From: Nemertoderma westbladi
Lineage: Eukaryota; Animalia; Xenacoelomorpha
DNA length: 57,782 bases
Direction: 5' to 3'
Assembly: GCA_032718475.1 (NCBI GenBank)
Contig: JAUCBJ010006381.1
Span: forward strand, 1 to 57,782
Shown here: positions 49,176-57,782 of the stretch, in pieces
Layout of the letters: every line of letters begins with the position of its first letter
Position numbering within the stretch: the first letter of the stretch is position 1
Made by a program: the position numbers and the translations under genes
The notes under the pieces: generated by a model
What the model was told of the DNA's origin: nothing
Database searches by the model: none
The model's input: the letters and a program-made list of their open reading frames with translations, nothing else

Positions 49176-51808
49176 GGGCGAATGACAGCATTTGAATCCA
49201 AAGGCCTTGTTGGTCGAAACGTCATTGGGTAAGCGTAGTGTGTAACGGGTTTAGGTGTCGACGGTGGACTCACCTGTTTTGTCGTCAGTAGCGCAGGTCC
49301 GGTCAATAAACTACTACGATCCGTAATCGGTGGGTTACTTACCTTGACTTTCGGAATAGGCGACGACGTTGCTCTTGGCGGTGTAAACTCGCCCGGAATA
49401 ACAAACCTGTGTTCCGTCGCACCATGGATAGGAGAAATGTCGCTACTACCCGCAATCGAAACAGGTTCCTTAGTCGTAACCGGTGCAAACATATGAGTTA
49501 CCTGTGGGAATCGTTGACACACGTCTTTTACTAATTGTCGTTCCCGTCCGGGTGCTCCTACGCTTCCTTCCTTCTTCCGTTCCTGAATTTGGCGATGTCT
49601 TACCTCTAACTGGTCCAAATCATGTCCGTCACGAGATCTCATCGATCGATCGCGGGCCTTTTGATCCAAATCTTCCTCGGCGTTCGCTAATTCTCTCGCC
49701 TTCTTCTCGAGTTCGAAATGAAGTTTCACTGTCTTCTCTCGTTGTTCCGTTTGTTGTCGTTGCGCCTCGAACTCTGCTTGTCGTATAGCAGATTGAGCTT
49801 TTATTTGCCGTGTTCTCATTTCGGCCCGTGCTTCCGAAACTAACCTTTCTCGTTTTAATTCCGCCGCTGCCGCTGCCGTTTGTCGCTCCAGTTCGGCCGC
49901 TGCGTTTTGTCGCTCTAACTCGGCCGCCGCCGCTGCCGCTTGTCGTTCTACCTCGGCCGCTGCCGCTGCCGCTTGTCGTTCTACCTCGGCCGCTGCCGCT
50001 GCCGCTTGTCGGGCAATGTCTACTTCTAATCTTTCCACTTCAGCTGCTTCTAATTCAGCTTGTTCCTGTAGATGAGAGATTCTTGCTATATTCGCAACGC
50101 GTAGCTTCTCTTCCTCTACTGCTGCCTGCATCACTAGAAGTTGAGCTTGTTCCTCCATTTCTCGTCGTTGTCGGTGGAATTCTTGCTGTTGTCGAGCAAC
50201 TTCTGACGTGACTATACTTCCCTCGCAGATTTCGCTACGAATACTTACCAACGATTGGTCCAGTATTCCCGGTGCCGATTCGATTCGTACGGGTGAAGTT
50301 TCTCTCGTATATTCCGGCACGGTTTCCCAATCTCCGACGTCTTCGCCGCACATACGTAAGTGGTCCGTCAGGTGTTTTAATTGTCCATCCAGTCGGTACA
50401 GTTCCTGTTCTTCCTCGGGTTGTAATAATTCGTCCGAAACTGACTCACCTAACAACTGGTCCGCTTGTTCCTGTTGTATCTGTCTAATCGTCGACTTAAA
50501 CTGAATCAGTTTCTCTCTAGTGATCATTAGTTTCTCGAGGATTCTAAGTTGAGTATCCATGTCCTGTCTCTGTCTAGCTAGATCTTGTAGGCCAACTAGA
50601 TTATCTACGGACTTATATACTTTACTCTGTACTCTAACCTGGAGGGTGTAGAACTCGAATCGAGACATCGGAGCGGTCAACCCGTCTAATATGCGTTGGC
50701 CTTCTCCAATACTCCTGGTAATATGCGCCATGTATCCACCGACGCTTCTAACCACACTTTCTGTGCTTCCTGCTGAACTTACCATTTCCGTTTCCCTATA
50801 TCTAGGTTGCGGAACAGTTAGAAAGTCCTCGGTCCTGCCGTCGCCTCGTACTACGGCATCCGGTACTCCCGTTGGATGTACTGGTGACGCACACGGTGTA
50901 GGTTCGGTAGGCTCGCGAGTCTTCCCCTGTTGTTCTTCCGCTGCTGACTTATCTCCGTCACACGAGTCATAGTCGGTTTGTGTGTTCTTCGTATAGTCTT
51001 GTTTGTCACTCATTTCGGTAGTTGTAAGTCAAGTAAAGTGAGTGTCAAAGTATCGAGTTTACCGTATTTATACAAAACGGTACTAATTACAGTCTTATAA
51101 AATTAGCCTACCGGCCGATTTTATAGCAGATGGATAAAATTAGCCTAAACGGCCAATTTTACAGCAAATAAATGTCACGGAATAAGTATATAATAAAATT
51201 AGCCTAGCGGCCAATTTTATAACAAATAAATCGGATAACGATATGCGTTATCAAAAGGTAAATTAAATACAATAATACGGACTAATTCAGCAATGAACAA
51301 AGAAATCATACGGAATGCATAAATACTTGAGACAGTGGAACCCACAATAATTTTAACTAATACGGTAATGCCTAACTTATTTATGCAACTTTTCGAACTC
51401 ACCCACTCCAATAATTCTCCAGAAAAACAGATTCCCAGATACAAACCGAACGTGAACCTTTCCGTTTTTAACGTTGCGGACGAAACGCGATTTTCCCAAC
51501 CAAAGTTGTTGAGTTATCTATCTCCCAAACTTGCTAAACACGGTCTTGCTCCCGTTACAGTCTAGAAATGAGTTCTGAATCCTGAAAAACAAAAGAGTTA
51601 GGTTTTACTTTACGAAAATTTTGTACCGGTACAATATGGTATTTAAACCCTTTTAAACACCGGTATTCAATTCCAAAATATTTTACACGCGGTTCAAATC
51701 AAATTTTATTTCAAAAAATTAGCACTTAGCTAATCAAATACAAATTTTTACCTCAAAATACAAAATTTTCAAATAACTTTAGTCCTACCGAACCGTAGTT
51801 CAGTAAAA

Positions 51809-51819
51809 CACATTCCTAC
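51809..51819 (-). promoter_or_regulatory. Non-tRNA primer-binding site candidate GTAGGAATGTG, complementary to LTR 52867-52877
   Basis: Abuts the 5' LTR, lacks TGG, and is the exact reverse complement of CACATTCCTAC on the element strand of both LTRs (52867-52877, 36065-36075). Confidence 0.7.
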
Positions 51820-53311
51820 TAATTGAAGAGATACGCCTATTCCTACTATCGGAAGAGACGGTAACAATACCTGCAATATCCTACTGTAAAGTTTGTAAAT
51901 CAAATCATAAATCCGACCTTCTCACCAAAACAGTAAACCCTAAGTAAGCGAATATATTGCAGTATCGATCTCTTATAACCGGTGAGGCAGAAAACAGTCT
52001 ACGAGCAGACAAACTTCGATAAAACAAATCCCGCGCAGCGAATCCTAAAATCAGGCTGACTCACTGACGGACTAAGGGGCTCGTATACTTTGCCGCGGTG
52101 TGATTTATATGGTTGGGCAAAGGGACGCTAGCTAGGTATAGAGCAGAGATTTGGAGATGTCTAACTAGCGGGCAAAGCACAGTACGGACAAAGTTAATTT
52201 TATATATTTCGAGGTGTAAATAATTTCTAACGCGCGTGTGTTAATTCTGAACGGTCAAAACAGTTTTGCTCCTTCACATATATAATTACTGGGTACGGTG
52301 TGCATTTTACGAATATTCTAATTTTATAACTTGTAGGTCCAATACTCACGAATGATAAGGTTCCTTCCCCTCTTGCGTATTTCCAGGACTCAAATTCAGG
52401 CATAAGGTTAATACTACGCCCAGAATTCGGCAATTTTAGGTACCAGGTCCCTGATACTAAGAAGAGATGTGTTAGTTTACTACTGTAGGCGTACGGGTAC
52501 TAATAGCTATCCTGGCTCCTATCTAGAATTTTAGTCACCCAGGTAGTCCGGGTAACTTCCTATTAGGGCGTTGGCGGGGACACGGTAGATGTTAGTATAT
52601 CCCTGATAGCCTCAATTTATTTGCGCCTAGCGTAAACTGCCCTACCGCCTGAACGGTACAATCCCAATTCAGGTGAAAACACAGCAACCCCCTTAGCCTA
52701 CAAGTTCTGATGTAATGGACACTGTCGTACTGCAAATAGTCGCACACGCACCTGTACTTAGCAAGAGTTAAGCGTACAGTTTGCTGCACCCTAACCAATG
52801 TGTATGCCTTGTACCGGTGTGCCTACGTCCTATCTGCGTACTAGTATCTGCCTGCTCTCCCCCCCCGTAGGAATGTGAAGGTCTACTGTGGGTTTTCCTG
52901 AATCAAGACAGTACAGTCCTTATGATGTAATTTTGGGCTTACAGCGTGTCACTACTTCTACCTTTGATCTTTTGGTCTTATACTTAGGTAGCAAGGATCG
53001 AACGCTGTCTAACCTTTCAGGCGATGGGCGAATAACTCTAAGATGGTATTGCGGGTTGTCTCTCGTCTACATTCCCGTGATGTTCCCGTTCATTGCTGCG
53101 GCCCGATCTCTAGCCGGCCATCCTGTCCCTGAGTTTGTTCACCGTAGTGAATCCATAGTAAAACAGAAAAGCTGAGAGAATATTCTGACTTTATTACAGA
53201 AGACACAATTATAATACAATGTAATCTGAGAATAAACTAAGCACGACAGAATATTGATAAGATAATCTGAGAAAGATTGAGATATAAGATGTGTATAAGG
53301 TAGTAGTGTAA

Positions 53312-53484
53312 GTGAACTAATGAACGAAATCGCACCTTTATATAGCCAATTTGTGCCGCAATCAATCGAGAAAATTCTCGATTGTTCTATGGGTTCTAAC
53401 AAGGTTTTAAAGATAGCTTATTGGTCCAGCTAATATATAACTTGCACGACATTGGTTACAATCAAATAACTACGGCCTTATTGG
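53312..53484 (-). promoter_or_regulatory. Element 2 LTR Pol II promoter: three CCAAT boxes, TATA box, Inr-like
   Basis: ATTGG at 53420, 53451 and 53480 (~30-bp spacing); TATATAAA on - at 53344-53337; TTCATTAGTT ~25-30 nt downstream. Confidence 0.65.
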
Positions 53485-53553
53485 TACAGACAAATGCAAT
53501 TAATTTGTAGCGGTTAATTTAAATGAGTTGAAATTCTGCACAAAAAATAATTC

Positions 53554-53628
53554 GCACTTACTAGGATTCGAACTCGATACCTACTACACGTATAAATTCC
53601 AACGCTCTACCAACTGAGCTACTGAACC
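53554..53628 (-). other. tRNA-derived sequence (Pol III A and B boxes) inside the 5' LTR
   Basis: Copy of 36734-36808 with one substitution seen. Confidence 0.7.
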
Positions 53629-54182
53629 ACTTGACCGATAGATGCATAATAGATAGAACCAATACGAATGAGAACTCAAAGCAATCTTTACAAAGTTAAT
53701 TCGAATAAAATAAAATTTTGAAAATCCACGGCATTTAGGGAATATAATTCTATATATAATATATATACAATAATTTCGTAATGCTAAAATTTTGGAATAA
53801 AACTACATACATACTTGTTGCAAAACACTTTACATTGTTCTGATCCTCGTGGCTTTATTTTCACTCACTCACTAAAGTTCGATCGTGTAACAAAGCCACT
53901 CGGATCATCACACTGTAAAGTGCTACTTTACATTACACACAAGTATGTAAATAGTTATTATAACAAAAAAAGCGTGTAACTATTAGGTAGAGTTCAGTTC
54001 GTAAAATAAATTAATAAAATCTATACAAATGACTAACATCAACATTCTTAATCAAACGATTAAAAGTAATGATATTAGGTTCATTAACAACCTCATAAGG
54101 TAGATTGTTCCACGTAAATACAGTGCGTTGAGAAAACCTATTATTAGAAAGAATTAATCGACTGACTCGTACATACTGTATA

Positions 54183-54570
54183 AAGGCCCGTTCACATCCA
54201 ACGGTGCGTGAGAAGCGGTAAACTACCCCTTGACAGCTACTTTGGTCCCAATGGTTAGTCTTGCGGTATTGAAGCGGTAGGCCTAAGCCAGCGGTAAACT
54301 ACCCGGAGCCCGTTCACACCCAACGGTTCCGTTGTGGTGACGCTGCGATAACCCAGCGGTAACTTGTCGTCTGTCTCTGTTCACAGTTAATTCAACAGCC
54401 AAGACAATCATTTTATTAACATTATTATATTCCAATGGGCTGCAATAAACCGCGCGGCATACCGCACAACTATACTTGTTGGTTCGTTCAAGTCAGCCTG
54501 TCAGCGGTAATCAAAATCATTTACCCACAGACACCGCTCGAATACCGCAGGGTCGTTCACACTAAGGGGT
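54183..54570. mobile_element. Possible fragment of a non-autonomous DNA transposon with repeated CGTTCACA motifs
   Basis: AAAGGCCCGTTCACA start, further CGTTCACA copies at ~54311 and ~54554, and GCGGTAAACTACCC twice. Second TIR and TSD not found. Confidence 0.35.
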
Positions 54571-55010
54571 AAGACGGTGCCCTGAATCAGTGGCGGGGTG
54601 TGTTATTTGTAAAAACACGAGGAAACGGTCAAAATGGCGGGTCCAAGTAAGCACGCGAGGTCAATTTTGAAAATCGGCTGTGATTGGCTGCTACATACAG
54701 TATTTGACTCATTACGCAGTGATCTGATAATTTTTTATCTTGGTTTCTATGGAAAGAGATATTCGATCGTTTCAAATACACATTAAATCTCAATCATTTC
54801 ACACGTGGCTTATATCAATTGAGAGCGGAGAGTCTTGCGTGTGCGGTGTAGACCCCCCCCCCCCCCTTTTTTTATGAAATTTTATGAATTTTCGGGAAAT
54901 TATTTGTGACTATGCACTTAAACATTCTAGATGCACTTAGACATTCTAGAACAACCTTGTAGCAGGAAAGCATGACATGTCAATTAAAAATACTGTCGTC
55001 TCGAACGATT

Positions 55011-55877
55011 ACACCATGTCCCAGAATATAGTGTAGTAATTCAATGATACGACCCCCCCCCCCCCCCCCCCTAATTTTTCTACAAATCTTAAGGAGATTA
55101 CATGACATTTGAAACAGAGATAGTTTCACCTCCCGACCACTGAGTGGGTGATCCAGTATTTTTATTGTTACTTTGAATCTTTAGCTAAAAGCGTTTAAGA
55201 AAAGTGTCTCCAGCGATATTACACCAGTTACACCGCATTTGATTTTTACCTTATAGCTGTTTGTTGGTGCCAATGGAAAGCTGGTCATGCAAGGATTCCA
55301 AATATGTAACGCAATTTGAATTTCGTTGAAAAATAGCTGAGATATTAGCGTTCAAATGTTGCATGGTTATGCACCGGTGCGAGGCTATTTTATTCTATTT
55401 AATAAATAAACCATATTCTGGAATATTTTTTTTAATGTATGAATAGCTACGTAATAGTATGATTAAAGATGTACATAATGCTTTGTTGCCCAGCTACGTA
55501 GGTATTTGGATAAACAAAATATTTCAGAATTTTAGATTTTTATTAAATACAGTAGAATAAAATAGCCTAACGCAGGTGCAAAACCATGCAACATTTGAAC
55601 ACTCATATCTCAGCTATTTTTAAACGAAATTCAAATTGCGTTACATATTTGGAATCCTTGCATGGCCAGCTTTCCATTGGTACCAACTAACAGCTATAAG
55701 GTAGAAGAATAACTGCGATATAACTGGTGTAATATCGCCGGAGACACTTTTTTTAAACGCTTGTAGCTAAAGATTGAAAGCAAAAATTAAAATTCTGGCT
55801 CACCCAGTAAGTTGTAGAAAAATTAGGGGTCGGGGTGGTGTCATTGATTTACGACACTATATTCTGGGACATGGTGT
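55011..55877. mobile_element. ~870-bp palindromic (foldback) MITE
   Basis: ACACCATGTCCCAGAATATAGTGT / ACACTATATTCTGGGACATGGTGT termini, with imperfect arms of ~400 bp (e.g. ATGCAAGGATTCCAAATATGTAACGCAATTTGAATTTCG and its reverse complement). A TA target site is possible but unclear. Confidence 0.85.
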
Positions 55878-56083
55878 GTAGCGTAGTAGATAATGCGTCG
55901 GGTTATGAATGTAAAAGCCGCTGGTTCAATTCTGTCAGATTTAAATTTTATAAGTTTTGGAATTGTGAGATAGTTAAAGTGTATATTCGAATGACGTCAT
56001 GTGATTATATTTAGAATGACGCAGTGACATACTGGAAATACACAGTAAATGTATGGCGTGTGGACACACTGATAAATATAATG

Positions 56084-56500
56084 ATTGATTGATTGATTGA
56101 TTTGATTGATTATTTATTTATTTTTACCCATATAAACATATACATAATTACATAATAGTTAAAGCACACATAATTATTGTAATATATATCAGTATATATA
56201 TAAATATAATATATATATATATATAGGTAAAGGAGGGCAACCTAGTAGCATTGCTAGTGGACGGCTGCCCACCAGGGAGGGTGGATGGATACTTCAGAGG
56301 ACGGGAATGGGACAAGGATATAGTTAGATTATAATAGGGTTAGATAGGATAGGGTTAGGATAGGCTGGGTAGGTTAGGTGGATAGAGTAGGACATGATAT
56401 GATAGGGTAGGATAGAATAAGATAGGATAGGATAGGGTAGATAGGAGGATAGAGTAAGGTAGGATAGGGTATGGATAGGATAGGATATTCTTGGAAGAGT
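56084..56500. repeat. Simple repeats: (GATT)n/(ATTT)n, (TA)n and degenerate (GATAG)n; possibly the 3' tail of an old LINE
   Basis: Directly visible. Confidence 0.75.
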
Positions 56501-57344
56501 TAGAAGTGCCGAATGAGTAAAAAGCAAATGCGGTCGACTGCGATTTTTGGTATTATCTGAATGTCACAGAATGTCACATTGGTAAAGTTAGAAAACGTCG
56601 CCATGGCGATTTGGTACTGTAGGGCGAAATTAAATTAATTGACGTACAGTATCCCACTCCATATGATATATACGTATAATGCCGTATAATGCCATATATC
56701 ACATGAAAATGTTAAATAATAGGAGAGATTATGCGTACTGTACATATATGTAATGCATTATATTGTAGTTTATTTTATCGGGGTAGTTCATACTGTACAA
56801 TTCGATTACTACAACAGTATCAGTATGAGTTATTGCATAGCAAATATGTTTCTCGTCGTTTGTCAGATTATTTAAGTTAGAATAGCCTGTCGCTCTAACG
56901 TGCTCCTTTCCATCATGTTTATAACCGTTGGCGGCTTTCAGTTGTCTGCTGTCGGCGTAGCGTTTACACCATTTTTAGAACAGTAGAAGCTTCTCATGTC
57001 TCAGACAAGTGTTCGCTCTTGTTGTCCTGATGTGAGTAAAGCGTTGTAAGCTGGTAGAATGGGGTAGCCTAACTGCCTCGTCTCTCCTGCAGCTGCAATG
57101 TAAGCCTGCCTATTCGCGACTGCCTGCCTATTTCAGTTTATTCATTTTGATTATCCTACCAGTAGTACTGCATTCAGCCAGTCCCAGTACGGGTGCATGT
57201 AAAGAGCGGACTGCGGACTACGGACTGCGGATTGTCAATTAAAAGCCCAAATATGCGCGGTCAATTTGAATTATAGCATTATAATGTAAGAATCCGCTCT
57301 TTGTTGTCTGGACAAACGGCGGACTGAAGCCAGAAAATTGTAAC

Positions 57345-57710
57345 CTGATTGGCTCAATCATTTACATAGGCCCAAAGGGAACTTTCCTGAATCCTCTTAT
57401 TGGCTTAAATGTTTTCATTGTGACACAGAGATGGAAACTTATTATTTTGAAAACCTATTATGTAGGCAGTCAGTAGTAGTATACAATACTATGACACTGC
57501 TTCATGGTCACCCGTAGCCCATCATTACCATCCATTTCTGGTACTGCAACCAATCAGAAGCCACCATTTCATCCTTTTGCGGTGGTCGTTATTATTTCAA
57601 CCAATCAGATGTCAGCATTTCATCCGTAACCATGGTAACTTCTCAAGTTCCCGCTTATTCCGCTAGAGGCGTTATTAGTCCCCCGACGCTAGTACTGCAT
57701 CCAATCACCA
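57345..57710. promoter_or_regulatory. Promoter-like cluster of CCAAT boxes and an RFX X-box-like palindrome
   Basis: CTGATTGGC ~57345, ATTGG ~57399, AACCAATCAGA ~57548 and ~57599, CCAATCA ~57701, GTAACCATGGTAAC 57626-57639. No associated gene visible in the window. Confidence 0.4.
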
Positions 57711-57782
57711 ACCTTTATTTTACAGGTGTTCGGGTGTCTACACTTAGCATCAGGTAACTTCTACTATTTTTCAAATCGCTAT

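Larger units (their letters stand above)
42170..51013 (-). pseudogene. Element 2 BEL/Pao gag-pol polyprotein (~2950 codons) with a single in-frame TGA at 45746-45748
   Basis: KFSGSSKHW, CQYC/CWRC/CPSC..HDGLLH, AILDSAS, YVDD, FDPLG, HCFSDAS, NPADIASRG, GIDCFGP, SDQGTNF, WERLIRS and RPTQRLVLL. The stop falls in KALE*DRDSLRF where element 1 has KALDRDRDSLRF. Confidence 0.95.
35018..53754 (-). mobile_element. Giant BEL/Pao LTR retrotransposon, element 2 (18,737 bp) with an extra exonuclease ORF
   Basis: LTRs 35018-36934 and 51820-53754, TSD TATAA (35013-35017, 53755-53759), PPT CATGGAGCGG on - (36935-36944), BEL-type gag-pol. Confidence 0.96.
51820..53754 (-). repeat. Element 2 5' LTR (1935 bp), termini TATAG...AATTA
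   Basis: Identity with the other LTR stops exactly at the TSD, PPT and PBS boundaries. Confidence 0.96.

Noticed and set aside
48397-49232. Overlapping alternative-frame ORFs in the Gag repeat
   Set aside because: Open frames arise from the stop-free 81-bp repeat.
52927-52944. 18-nt GT...AG micro-intron explaining the LTR indel
   Set aside because: Too short, on the non-transcribed strand, and precise removal does not reproduce the other LTR sequence.
57721-57760. 28-nt exon (TTACAG|...CAG|GTAACT)
   Set aside because: Splice-like signals only; no gene context inside the window to support it.

Overview
Eukaryotic (probably invertebrate animal) genomic DNA, mostly transposable elements. From left to right: a decayed Ty3/Gypsy integrase fragment (1-~1240); a 206-bp Mutator-type MITE; an uninterrupted CDR2/centrocortin-like host ORF (3683-5026, -); and a three-level nest in which a CR1/L2-type LINE is split by a complete Ty3/Gypsy element (7711-14256, TSD CATTG) that is itself split by a 1-kb Mutator-type foldback element (TSD TACTTTTCT). 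These are followed by two very large (~18.7 kb), divergent but related BEL/Pao LTR retrotransposons arranged tail-to-tail (15898-34645 +, TSD ACAAC; 35018-53754 -, TSD TATAA), then MITEs, simple repeats and a CCAAT-rich promoter-like segment. The two BEL/Pao elements are the main interest. Neither has a tRNA primer-binding site; in each, the 11 nt right after the 5' LTR are the exact reverse complement of an 11-mer inside its own LTR and are followed by a hairpin, which suggests self-priming. Both carry a homologous extra ~1250-1400 aa ORF after pol with a WRN/EXD2/MUT-7-like DEDDy 3'-5' exonuclease and three CCHC knuckles, and both have internal PPT copies. Element 2 also has TA...TA termini, a tRNA-like Pol III cassette in its LTRs and a dispersed 17-bp motif. 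All calls were made by eye without database searches.
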